Source of the DNA: Saccostrea echinata
Taxonomy: Eukaryota
Assembly: GCF_033153115.1 (NCBI RefSeq)
Contig: NW_026889754.1
Location: 12,586,001 to 12,650,000, forward strand
Reading direction: 5' to 3'
Length of the DNA stretch: 64,000 nucleotides
Shown: in pieces, positions 25,500 to 37,007 of the stretch
How positions within the stretch are numbered: the stretch's first letter is position 1
Layout: every line of letters begins with the position of its first letter
The notes under the pieces: generated by a model
The model's input: only the letters and a program-made list of their open reading frames with translations
Database searches by the model: none
What the model was told of the DNA's origin: nothing
Position numbers and translations under genes: made by a program

Positions 25500-26060
25500 T
25501 TTCTTCTGTATCTTTAATAATTTTGATGATACTAAGGTTTTTGAGAGTGAATTTTGATGTTGACACCTTTGGAGGTGAAACTTTCATAAATAGCCTCTGT
25601 GCCAATTCTTTCATGTCGTGGAGAAACCGGGTCTTGTTTGTTTTGTGACATGGACACTATCCAAAACTTAATGACATTTCTCACCGATGGCTACTACAGA
25701 TGTGTCTTTTTTGCATTTTTACGCCATCCATGTCTTTCGTTGCCTTCTAAGACTTCATAACTCCGGATTTCTTTATGATGATCATCTTGGATGGAATCTT
25801 GATATTCGGCTTCAAAAAAATTGTTGCCTCCTGACCCAGTTGATTCATTCCAATCCATTTCCAATAGAGAATCCTTTGTAATAAGACTGAAGCATTCCAC
25901 TACACATGAAACCATGAAGTCTTCTGTAGTGACCTGATATTATTGGGCAGATATGGTGAAGATGACAAGAAAATAACTGTATTTTGTCATTGGAGCATTG
26001 GGAGCGCAATAACATGTCCTTTCATGGTTTTCTTAACTGCAATTTTCCATTACAGTTTTT
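25500..26060 (-). pseudogene. Degraded transposase-like fragment (possibly Mutator-like)
   Basis: RHGWRKNAK / DTSVVAIGEK / HVTK pieces across frameshifts; recognised from memory only. Confidence 0.35.
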
Positions 26061-26159
26061 ATTGAGCTTCACAAAGTTCACATATACATGTATTTAGAAG
26101 TGATGATTCTGCACAAACATTATCAGATTCACATAATTTACATGAAATATGTGGAGATA

Positions 26160-27010
26160 ACGAACAGTATTTGAGCTCAAAATTCCTTTGAACATTACAA
26201 AATAGGAGCAGAACAAACACGGACCTCTAACACATCTGAGGTGGGATCAAGTGCCATGGAGGTGTGAGCATCCCCTGCCGACCGGTCACACCCGCCGTGT
26301 GCTCCTTGTCATAATCTGGAAATAACGAAAAAATCCGTCGACAATTCAATGTGTACTAATGGCCTAAAAATTAGTACGGAAAAAAGTAAGTCAGCATTTG
26401 ACTTAATGAAAGATTGTATTTGCTGACAAGGTCATTGTATCGACCATAGAACTTACGAAATAATGACACCAGCAAGACTGCTGATATTCTTTTTTAATCA
26501 ACTTGTTTGTCAATAACTTTCCTCGTTTTAGAAATTTTTCATACGGAGAGAATGCAATGGAGTATGGAATCAACTGAGAGATATAAACCCCGTATGCAGG
26601 TGATAAGAGTATATTGTTGCATAAGTAAGGGAAGATGACGATTGAAAAGTTTAAGTCATCATGTTTATCAGAAAGATTTGTTGTAAGATTTCCATTAACG
26701 TCTTTTTCTAATAAAATATCCAAATATGAAACAGATGTGTCAGACTCTCTGTGGTATCTTTTATCTCAAGCTTACCGGGATATATCGTGTCGACATAAGA
26801 ATGGAAATAACCATTGTTAGTTGACAATACGTCGTCGATATATCTAAATGTTGAGTTGCAGGCCACAGCAAGTGTTTTCTTCTTTTCACGTAAAAGATTT
26901 TGAACGAACTCTGCTTCATATACTCTCTAAATACAAAAATAGTTCTGCTAATAACGGAGCGCAATTGGGAATTCCAATAGATTGTTGGAAGACCTGGTCA
27001 CCAAAAACCA
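26160..27010 (-). mobile_element. Penelope-like retroelement reverse-transcriptase fragment
   Basis: GIP..CAPLLAELFLY, FRYIDDV, YLDILL, DKHDDLNFSIVIFPYLCNNI..SPAYGVYISQL, with frameshifts. Confidence 0.75.
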
Positions 27011-27619
27011 CACAGATATTGTCAATCAGAAACTCAATCAATCCCTCTTATTGTTGATGGATATTATGTTTGATTCAGCTCCCCGCTTTGGACCTCTGAG
27101 TGTTTTTTTAACCAAAAGTTACTCGATTATTACAGCATTGTTTACAGGTGCATTGCGCTTGTAAGTGAAAAATGTTTTCACCTCTTGCAGTTTTCCTTGA
27201 ATTTTAGATTTAAGGTTTTGCCAAAGGTAAACATGTCCAAAAATTTATTTTTACAATAGTTCCAAAACTATGTGGTTTATATAGTTAAAACTTTTACAGT
27301 TTAAATATATCATTGATTAATAGATAGAAAGTATCACTTGATAACAAATACTTAAAGAAAGTATTTATCGAGACAAAATTCTTTAAAAAAAATGCGTATA
27401 TATTTAAAAAATATACCTCATTAATTCCGGTCTTTTAGTGAAAGCCATTATTGCATAAACAATATGCAATATATGTTTATCAATGAAGGGCAAGTTGGAC
27501 TTCGATAGCCTCTGGTAAGTTGTTTTTCCTGTTTGTTTTGTCCAAATGTTAAGATCTGAATCCGAAAGTACATTGCAAATGGCGAATTTTATAGGGGTCT
27601 TGTCTTTATACATGACATG

Positions 27620-28690
27620 CTTTCAATAACAGTCTTTCAGAGACCAAACCAACAACTCTGAAGTCAAGAACTACCACCACGACAACCACAATACCACCCC
27701 TGACGACCAAACCGACAACTCTGAAGTCAAGAACTACTAGCACAACAACCTCAATACCACACCCGACAACCAAACCGACAACTCTGAAGTCAAAAACTAC
27801 CAGCACAACAACCTCAATACCACCCCCGACAACCAAACCGACACCTCTGAAGTCAAGAACTACTAGCACAACAACCTCAATACCACCCCCGGCAATCACA
27901 CCCAGAAGACGAGTGACTGATATCTCTGGTTGGGGAGATGAGGATGAGGCCTTAATTGATGGTAAAACTGAAACATACACTTATTTGTCTGTTAAATCTT
28001 TTTTTCCTTATAATATTCAATCAAATTCAATATTAATCAAATGAAATGTAAATGTAGGAAATGTAGAAAATATGAAAAATCAGAAAAAGTTAAAAGGTTT
28101 AATATACAAAATGTACTTTTATTTAGAGGTAATAAAATTGTTAAAAATAAAGGAAGATTACCATCAAAGTAAGATATCTTATCCTGAATCAGATTATGAT
28201 TAAGATGAAGGGACATTTGATATTGAGTCATATTCTGTTTGAATTTTCCAGGTTTATTGGCATGGGCCATTTCAATCATGCTTATTTTGGTTAACGTCAC
28301 TATATTCATCCTCATCAAAATGAAAAGTTGCGGCACACCCTCTGCATCAGAGAACCAACCAGAAAACCAGCCCCCTGAACAAGCAAACCAACCAGAAAAC
28401 CAGCCCCCTAAACAAGCAAACCAACCCTCTGCACCCCCACAGCCACCATAAGCAGTCACTCCTGGAGGTACTGGAACAAATCTTAGTCATCTAGATTTGT
28501 TACTGGCAGCGATCCAACGCCACCTGCCCATGTTCCTGATAACCCTTTGGGAGGAAATGACCTGGACAGTGAAGAAGACATTTCCGAGTTAGTTGTGATG
28601 AAACCTGTTGCATTCTTTCAACTCTCCAGAACCGATTTTCCATTCAAAGAATAACTGTCATTACACTCGTCCCAAGGGAAGAAACTAGGC
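27620..28690 (+). pseudogene. Mucin-like single-pass membrane protein remnant (Thr-rich exon, phase-1 intron, TM exon)
   Basis: 63-bp tandem repeat encoding TTKPTTLKSRTTSTTTSIPPP. Donor at about 27962 and acceptor at 28251 lead into GLLAWAISIMLILVNVTIFILIKMK. Stop at 28449. Confidence 0.55.
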
Positions 28691-29440
28691 ACATCAAAAC
28701 TGCAGTGTATAATGTTCGTGTTGTAAAAGCTAATATAATTCTAATGGAACAGTGTACCACATGCAATCTCGTTTACTGGCGCTTACGTGGATTTACCAAC
28801 AGTGTTGTCAATATTTATTCGGATGATGTACACATGAACTCTACGGGGATGCGGAAGTATTTTCGCTGAGAGTGATTCTGTTGTCCTAGCAAACTTATAT
28901 ATGTTTGGTATAGCCATGATGGCAGGTGCTCACGGCTTAACCAAAAAAAAAGTTTTGCTTAAGTTATGTTTATAATCATACTATTAATTATATTATTCTA
29001 CTGATATGCTTAACTTATTTGTCATCTTATCTTTGTATTTTTACGTTATATGTGATTTATTGTATTTTAAGTGATTTGATATACTAATCGTTTATTTTGC
29101 ATTTTACAGCTATCATCTTCAACTATATAAAAGTTAACACTGGTTTTGCTTTGAACTTTGCAGTTCCTAGAGGTATAATTCCATTTTATGCTTGTAAAGC
29201 CTTGTATGCCTAGATAATGGACTGTGCTAGGGCTTTTACTGACTGTACTAATGTAGTAAAGAGATCACATAGACCAATCACCTCTGGCTGCATATTACCA
29301 CAAGCGTCTGGCCTTGTCGGTTTAAGTCACGTTAAGCAGCACTGACTACATATTACTACAAGTGCTCTGGCCTTGCCGGTCTAATTTACCTTTGGCAACC
29401 TGGATGAATATCACAAGTGCTCTGGCCTTGTTAATTTATT
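28690..29440 (+). mobile_element. SGNH-domain remnant and short repeats, possibly the end of a DIRS/Ngaro-like element
   Basis: YWRLRGF...DDVHMNSTGMRKYFR fragment; three CAAG..CTGGCCTTG repeats at 29290-29435. Confidence 0.4.
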
Positions 29441-30724
29441 GAATCTACATTAGACGCAGTACAGTTAAGGCAACATTTTCTATAAAAAGACACTAAAAAA
29501 AGACACTTGAAGTTTAACTGTCTTATTTTCTAGCATAAGACTTTACTGAAAATATCTGTGTCTTCTTGAAGAGTGTGTCCTTCCCTTTTAATATTGATAT
29601 TTTTGTTATCATGTGACCCTTAGTAGTCACGTGGGCTCCTATTTTAGCTCAAGATATAAAATATGAAATTTAACCGAAAAGTTCAAGAACAAGGCAAAGA
29701 AATATTACACTGCACAAGGTTTCAATGTGTCTCCAAATATCTATCCATCTCAAAAATAATGCTCATTCAGTTAGATTTCTAGTATTGTTTAGTTATTCAA
29801 TAAAAACAAAGACCGGTATTGAAAAATAGGGTACTTTCCACATTTCAAGTGAAATAATAAATTACTTTGTGAATTACAGAGAAATGAGTATCACTTTTCA
29901 AAAAGTATGCAGTAAAATAAACAATTTAATACAAAAACTCGCCTCTTCATATGTCGCCTTGCCCTTGAACTTTTTAGTTTAAAATCGAAGTCTTGAAACA
30001 TTCATTCTAAATATAGTTTTCAAACGCATTAGTGACCGTAGGTAACTCTTTGGTATTTGTAGAGTTTGTTTACCTCGCGAATTTGAACGTGGAACATCTA
30101 CGGACTATGCTAGGCTTTATTTTACCTATTCAAAGTGGTATGCATATAAAGATCTGAACTTTTATTACTTTTCTTTGTCTGCTTCGTCCTTTTCAAACAC
30201 CAGACACGACCTTGTTGAATACCTTCCGCATTTTCTCGAAGATCTAGGCCTATATCATGTACGTATATATTGTGGCACTGTCGCAAAGTACATCATATAA
30301 GTAAGATTGAACAAAATGCCCATTGCTAAGTTTCAATCATTTCTGATAAAAATGTATATCTCCCCTCCCTCGTACAATGAGAAACCATTTACCCCCCCCC
30401 CCCCCCGACATAATAAAAATTTATATCTACAGCAGAATGAAGTTTCACATAATATGGGTTTTCCTCAGTAGCTCTCCAAACTCTTTTGTTTAAGAGTTTT
30501 TGTTAGTTTATAAATCACTCAGATATAAAAACCAGGTAAGGGTTATTTACATCTGTTAATATAATTAGTTCTATACACATTTCACGACAATGCACTAGGT
30601 CGAATTCCTGGTGTATGACATACTGTAAATCTTTCATAAAATACTGCATTCAATCGTTTTTTCACACATTCGAAGGTTTATTCGTTTTGTAGCGCAGGGC
30701 GAGATGCGAGGGATTCAGCTTACG

Positions 30725-30908
30725 GGGCCTCGGTTTTTAAGGTCTCATCCGAAGGACCTTTAACTTTCACTTCAAAGTGCCGAGCACATGACGAAGGAAC
30801 ACTTGCTACCCATTTTTTATCGACTTAGGTCAGTCGCAGCCGAGATTCGAACTCGCGACCTTCCGATCACGGAGCGAGCGCTCTACCGACTGAGCTACCG
30901 TGAACGGT
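30725..30908 (-). mobile_element. tRNA-derived SINE, 3'-truncated copy
   Basis: Reverse complement of 24891-25075. Confidence 0.8.
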
Positions 30909-32767
30909 TCAGAAGAGAAGACACCTGAATTCCAAACACTGAAAATCATGAAGAAAAAGGATCCTCTATTTACAGTGATGGCTGGACTGCTTACTGTAAA
31001 CTGAACGACGCAGGATACGACCACTTCACTGTCCTGATCAAGTATTCGTTTAAATAAAAGCATGTAGCAACACCAAGTCACGAGCTTGTCGAGGTTCATA
31101 CAGTGCTGCTATCCTATAAGTTGACAATCCTATCCTATCCTATCGTGAATCCTGTATCCTATCATCTCTATCCTATTTCCTATACTTCATACTGGGGACC
31201 AATCCTATCATATCCTATCGGTTGAAAGTCGGAATCATGAATGAGAAAACGAAATTGCAATTCAAATACAACTTTTAGTCCCTGATATAGCACCTACAGT
31301 ACCAACCAGACCCAACCTGACACCTAAGCAGTCCCAGAAAGCAGTCCCCGGGACTGCTTTGGGACTGCTTTGGGACCGCTATGGGACTGCTCTGGGACTG
31401 CTGTGGGACTGCTATGGGACTGCTCTAGAAAGCAGACCCAGCAGTCCCTGGGACTGCTTTGTTCACTCATGCATGAAAAAGGTTCTGAGTGACATGATAG
31501 CTCCGCCCCTTGTGTATTCTGAATTTGCAGGCTCCCTGTTGTTTTGTTTACTTTCAGCAGGGAGGTGTTAAAGATAAAGAATAAAAATGCCAAGGATTTC
31601 TTACAACATTTTAATAAAAAGAGATAGATATACATGTAATTACTAAATGTCTTCAGGGGCTGTAAATTTACACAATTGTAGTCTAGAATTAATTTTAAAA
31701 ATGAAATTAGTTAAAAGTGAAGTCAGGAGATGATTTTTATCCCTTGAATTAAACTTTAATACAGGTGTTTGAAAAAAAGATATCTCTAAGGCCTGTTTAA
31801 TTAATTAATGCTAATTAAAAGTTTTATACAGGTGTTTGAAAAAAAATATCTAGGCCTATTTAATTAATTAATGCTGTCAAGTTACGGTATGTACTCAAAG
31901 TTTGCATTAGCACTATTTAAAAAAAAAAAAAAACAAACTTGTCATTACAATAAGATATTCAGAGGGACGTACTGTACTGGATTTTTTTTTAACTTGAAAA
32001 AGCTAAAACCATGCTAAAAAAGAGCATTCCATGTTATTTTTTTACCGCCCTCAAATAAAACCTAATAATTTATTAAATGACCATGAAATAAAATTATTCT
32101 ACCATTCTTCAGTCATTTAAACAAATATATTTGTGAACAATTACTGGGGGATCTATTTATGAATTTGTTTTTGATTTATAAACAAGTTATTAAAAGAGTA
32201 AATTTATAAACTTTTTTTAAATTATTGGGAATTGTGACTAATTTCTTATTTGTTTTGTTTGTGTTTTCCTGGCCGATTAATAAAAAGCAATACAAATGTA
32301 TAAAATGGTGTCAACACCTGAGGTTTCAATCGCCTTCGGGCATGATTAGCAGAAAGTCAATGCATGTTATTTGGGTACCAGTGTTACACATCACTGAACA
32401 TGCTGGTCAACAATGGCACTAATTTCAATCTATGTACTGCAAAAAATCTTCGTTTATATCGGGATTTATTAATTTTGAACATAATCTGAGGGTTCCATTC
32501 GCGTGATTTACAGATGTACACTCAAACATTTATATAATAAAAGTATTATTGTTTTCTGTTACATAGATAATCTAACGATAATTAAATTGGCAAGTCAGTG
32601 AAAATAATCATGACTGAAATATAATACTCATAGAATTTTTCAAAAGCTCCAGTACTTAAGAAAACTGCATTCAGAGTATAGTATGGAAACCGGCCTTGCT
32701 TTATAATTATAAGGTCTATTTAAAGCTAGTTTTGATAGAAAATAAACAACTCAAGTTTAATTTTCTA

Positions 32768-32798
<31 letters not shown>

Positions 32799-33182
32799 AT
32801 GGAACCGATATCAATCACAGTAAATTAAGAAATTGATTTTTTTTTTGGTGAAAAATTAATATGCCACAAAACTGTGTTTAAATATTCATGTTATTAGTAG
32901 GTGTGACCGTCTTCTTTGTTCAGTATTTATTATTTGTTTCTATACGCGTAGTGTGAATTTCTTAACAGTTCAAAAATGACTGTCGCATGAGAATTGATAC
33001 TGCTCAGACAGAAATGGATCATCAATTTCAACTGCCTTTTATAGTAACATTGTTTATTGGTAATCTCATTTCTGAGTAAGCTCCGCCCATTAAATTAATA
33101 AACCCCGCCCACTGGGACTGCTTTCTGGGACCGCTGGGACTGCTTGCTGGGACTGCTGGGACCGCTGTGGGACTGCTCTGGG

Positions 33183-33411
33183 AGTAGTATGGCCGACACA
33201 TAGGGGGAAGAAACAATGGAGGTATTGTGTAAGAGAACAATGGGAGAACAATGGAGGGGACAATGGAGACCCAGATGACCTTGTCCGACTTATGGTTGAG
33301 TGCCCTTGAACAAGGGTGTACCCTTGACCTAGAAAGGGTAGAGTACAACCGAACAATGGGGTATAGAAAAAAGGGAACAATGGAGAGTGGGGAAAACCCA
33401 GTGACGTCAAT
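33183..33411 (+). repeat. Left TIR of Polinton B
   Basis: Near-perfect reverse complement of 56111-56339; internal ACAATGG repeats and TGACGTCA at 33402. Confidence 0.97.
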
Positions 33412-33488
33412 AAAGTGAACAATGGGGTTGTATCTAATGTCAACAAGGGAATTTCCATGGACGACTGTAAACAATAAGTCATTGTAAT

Positions 33489-34055
33489 GGTAAATGAAAG
33501 GAGATAATGGGGCGTGAGGATTCAAGAGAAGAAAAAAAAGAGACAAATACATTGGAATTCTTGGACTGATTTTCCTGTTGTGACCATGACCTACTTATTC
33601 ATTTCTCAATAAAAGGAGATGAGAAAAAGAAATGATGATCATACTTTCGTCGAGAACACATCTGAACACAAGTATTTTCGTAACACAATGTCAACGATAA
33701 AATACGAAATTAAGATTGCAGGAGAATACACGGGTTTTGAGACTTTCTTGAGAAGGGGAGCGGCTTTCTGGGACCGCTGGGTAAATGAAAGGAGATAATG
33801 GGGCGTGAGGATTCAAGAGAAAAAAAAAAGAGACAAATACATTGGAATTCTTGGACTGATTTTCCTGTTGTGACCATGACCTACTTATTCATTTCTCAAT
33901 AAAAGGAGATGAGAAAAAGAAATGATGATCATACTTTCGTCGAGAACACATCTGAACACAAGTATTTTCGTAACACAATGTCAACGATAAAATACGAAAT
34001 TAAGATTGCAGGAGAATACACGGGTTTTGAGACTTTCTTGAGAAGGGGAGCGGCT
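33489..34055 (+). repeat. Direct duplication (290-bp offset) of the promoter and 5' end of ORF 33909
   Basis: 33489-33765 is nearly identical to 33780-34055. Confidence 0.92.
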
Positions 34056-34427
34056 GTCAAAAAACTCGTCGATGGTTATATTGCAAATAACATGAATTCT
34101 ACCTCCTGTGACTACTGTAAGAAACATTACGTTTTGAGAAGCAAACTTGTACACGAGAAACACTGTCTCGTCAGACTGGCTATGGAAGCTAAAACGGATG
34201 TCAGGAAGATGACGACATTCTGTCTGCGTGCAAACGACATCGAAGACGATTCGTTTAAGGAGGAAATCTTAAGTATCCCAGAAGTTCTGAAAATAACCAT
34301 GGCTGATCGTATTCCCTTCGATGATATGGAACAAGCTTACTACGAATCACTTTGGGAAGATTACTATTATGGCAGAATGGAATTTCTGTGGCCGGACGGA
34401 GTTTGGCGGAAGGAAGAACCTATGTGA
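33909..34427 (+). CDS. Unknown Polinton protein with a possible Zn-finger (CDYC...HEKHC)
   Basis: 172-aa ORF adjacent to the left TIR. Confidence 0.65.
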   Translation: MRKRNDDHTFVENTSEHKYFRNTMSTIKYEIKIAGEYTGFETFLRRGAAVKKLVDGYIANNMNSTSCDYCKKHYVLRSKLVHEKHCLVRLAMEAKTDVRKMTTFCLRANDIEDDSFKEEILSIPEVLKITMADRIPFDDMEQAYYESLWEDYYYGRMEFLWPDGVWRKEEPM

Positions 34428-34587
34428 ATTCAAGCTGTAGGGACAGTCATAGAAAAAACATTTTTTATAGGTTAAATCATGTCATCATTTTGTTCATTAT
34501 ATTTCAAACACTTGTCAATAAATGTCATTTGAAAACGTTACGAATGTTTTGTTTTATATTCTTAAAAAAGGATAGGGGCATCTGTAC

Positions 34588-34773
34588 ATGGAATCGTGTG
34601 TTGTTACAAGGAACAACTATGATGACATTCTTGTCAGAGGTATTTGCAAAGTTCTTGAGGAGAAAAAAAATAAACACTCCAATCTCCTCCGAATTTGTCG
34701 TGAAAGTCCATGGGGACTTGACTGTCAAACAATTCACTTGGTGACAAATGGCATCTACATCAGTAAGAGTTAA
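34588..34773 (+). CDS. Small hypothetical protein
   Basis: ATG-initiated 61-aa ORF in the accessory region; no recognised motif. Confidence 0.35.
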   Translation: MESCVVTRNNYDDILVRGICKVLEEKKNKHSNLLRICRESPWGLDCQTIHLVTNGIYISKS

Positions 34774-35114
34774 GATGTTTTCCAGACACGTGACAAACAC
34801 TCATGATGAATATTTTGAAGTCCCCAGTCTGTTTCCGACTGTACAAATTCCTTTACAAACAGTTCTTATATCAGACACGTTTTTTTTTATCACGTGACCA
34901 AAAAAAAAAAAAGAAAAGAAATGACAAAAACAAAATGAAATATAATACAGATTTTATTCCTTCACGGTCTATGGTAACTAACATTTTCTCTTAAAAAATA
35001 TCAATGACATTGAAAAAAAAAAATGTCCGAGAAATGATATGTATACTTTTTTTTTAAGTGTTCATAAATATATTAACAGTCTTTCACAGTTTTTGTACAA
35101 TTCTCAGGGTTTTT

Positions 35115-35624
35115 TCACCACTTGTAGAATTCATCGGGATTACAGGCTTCACATTGTAACATTCCCAATTGATTATGATGATCGTCCCGTTCATGACAAG
35201 GGATGACCTGCTCCAGCTCTGGTAAGATCTTTTCGATGTCACTTATATGTTTTTTCAAGTTTTGGTATTCCAGTGGTCTAAGACAGAGCCCCTTTTTAGT
35301 AGGGACGAGACCGGATTCACAGGAGGGTTTCCAATACTGTCGAACGTCGATGCAGGGATTGTCCTTCTTGACTGTGACGTAGACATTAAATCCAAGGTGC
35401 CATTTTCCATCGACATTTTCTTTTAATGTTGCTTCAATCAGATCCAAGGTGTCGATCAGTGTTTTAAATGAGAGCAGTTTCAAACTGATGCCCTTTTTGG
35501 TGGGTTTCAGAAATGGCTGATGAATTTCCCATTCCCTCAAATCAACTCTGAGTTCTTCTTTCCACGTTTGGACTTTGACATAACGTCCATTTTCCAGTGC
35601 CACGGAAAAGCGAGGAGTAGACAT
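35115..35624 (-). CDS. Tandem PC4-like ssDNA-binding protein
   Basis: VDLREW...PTKKGISL and IDVRQYW...PTKKGLCL; C-terminal C..DHHNQLG...C..CNP shared with 10549-11208. Confidence 0.85.
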   Translation of the reverse strand: MSTPRFSVALENGRYVKVQTWKEELRVDLREWEIHQPFLKPTKKGISLKLLSFKTLIDTLDLIEATLKENVDGKWHLGFNVYVTVKKDNPCIDVRQYWKPSCESGLVPTKKGLCLRPLEYQNLKKHISDIEKILPELEQVIPCHERDDHHNQLGMLQCEACNPDEFYKW

Positions 35625-36101
35625 GTTTTTCGTTCGGTGATCAAAATTAAAAATGAGAAAATGTCGATGGTGAGACTTTTATACTGGAAGTGAGAGCTAC
35701 GTCATGGAAAATTCCTCGACGTCAATGGACATTTATTTGATAACAATGAAAGAAGAATGAGGGTAATGAGGCGGGGAAATGGAAAAATACAGAGAATACC
35801 AAAGAATACAACGAAAAACCCATGACGTCATACACATAGTTATTGAGACACAGAAATGGAAAAGTACAGAGTTATTGAATAACGAATAATAAAATGGAAA
35901 AACCCATGACGTCAAACTCCTTTGTCATTAAGAAACACACGGATAATGAAAATGACAAAAATAGACATGACCTCGATTTTCTTTAGAAAGATTACAATAG
36001 GAGAGAAACAATAAAGAAACGCACGAATAAGTTGTAGACGTATAAATAGAGAAGTTCTTTTTTCGAATCGTCATTTCACGTCTGCTACTCGACTGATCAA
36101 G

Positions 36102-36644
36102 ATGACTTCCACGTTAGATGGAATTCCCAACCTGATAGAAACGGACTCTGCTGCCAATTTTGCTTGGGGCAACACGTCCTCTTTAGAATGTGAACCCTCT
36201 GACTCTTGGGAGGCAGATAGCAATGCTAATTTTGCCTGGGGTTATCCAGATTCCTCCTCATCCAAGAAGAAATCAGAGGAGTACGTCACGGTACAAATGC
36301 CAGTGAAAAACATCCCTCCACCACCTCTACCTAAAAAGGAGGTTTCTGTCTGGAAGTACCCAGAATACGTCAACTTTTCCGAGCGTTATGCCAGTTTTGG
36401 GGATTGGCCAAAATATCTGAAGGGACCCAACAAAAAAGACCTGGCACGTTCTGGATTCATCTACACCAAGATCGGAGACAGAGTCACTTGTTTCTCCTGT
36501 GGCATGACCCTGAAAAACTGGGAACCTCTGGACGATGCTTACAAAGAACACCTTCGTTGGTCCAAGAACTGTACCTACGCCCGGATGGTAACAGATGGAA
36601 AATACGATGACTGGAGAAAGAGAACTTACAATGTTCGTCAGTAA
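36102..36644 (+). CDS. Single-BIR inhibitor-of-apoptosis-like protein
   Basis: R..SF..WP...LARSGFIY....DRVTCFSC...LKNWEPLDD...EHLRWSKNC; TATAAATA near 36040. Confidence 0.92.
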   Translation: MTSTLDGIPNLIETDSAANFAWGNTSSLECEPSDSWEADSNANFAWGYPDSSSSKKKSEEYVTVQMPVKNIPPPPLPKKEVSVWKYPEYVNFSERYASFGDWPKYLKGPNKKDLARSGFIYTKIGDRVTCFSCGMTLKNWEPLDDAYKEHLRWSKNCTYARMVTDGKYDDWRKRTYNVRQ

Positions 36645-37007
36645 ATAAAATGTGAAGGACTCTTGTTGTTAAAATGTGCTCCTTTGAAAGCTTACACTGA
36701 AGATTTATTATCATGGACTTTTGCCTGCCGAGAATCCGAAACAACAGATCTAGGACACGTATAGCACGTGCTCCGAGTCGTATGGACATAGATTGAACGT
36801 AGTAGTGAGGCAAGCATATGTACATGTATAAAAGTGTGTGACATTCATGATTTTTGTCCTATTTGAAATCACGTGCTTTATGATGTTCCAATAAAAATAA
36901 AGAACTTTTTGTTTCTTTGTTTCTTTATCTCTGAGAGAAGGTATAAAAAGGTCTGTTATAAGGGAAGTCATGTCATTCATACGTCAGTCGTCAACAAGAA
37001 GTGACTC

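Noticed and set aside
27606-27980. Val/Gly-rich 124-aa minus-strand ORF
   Set aside because: It is the antisense of the Thr-rich 63-bp repeat.
33028-33552. ORFs over the TIRs (also 55996-56544)
   Set aside because: They cross the element boundary into flanking repeats, and their similarity only reflects the inverted repeat.
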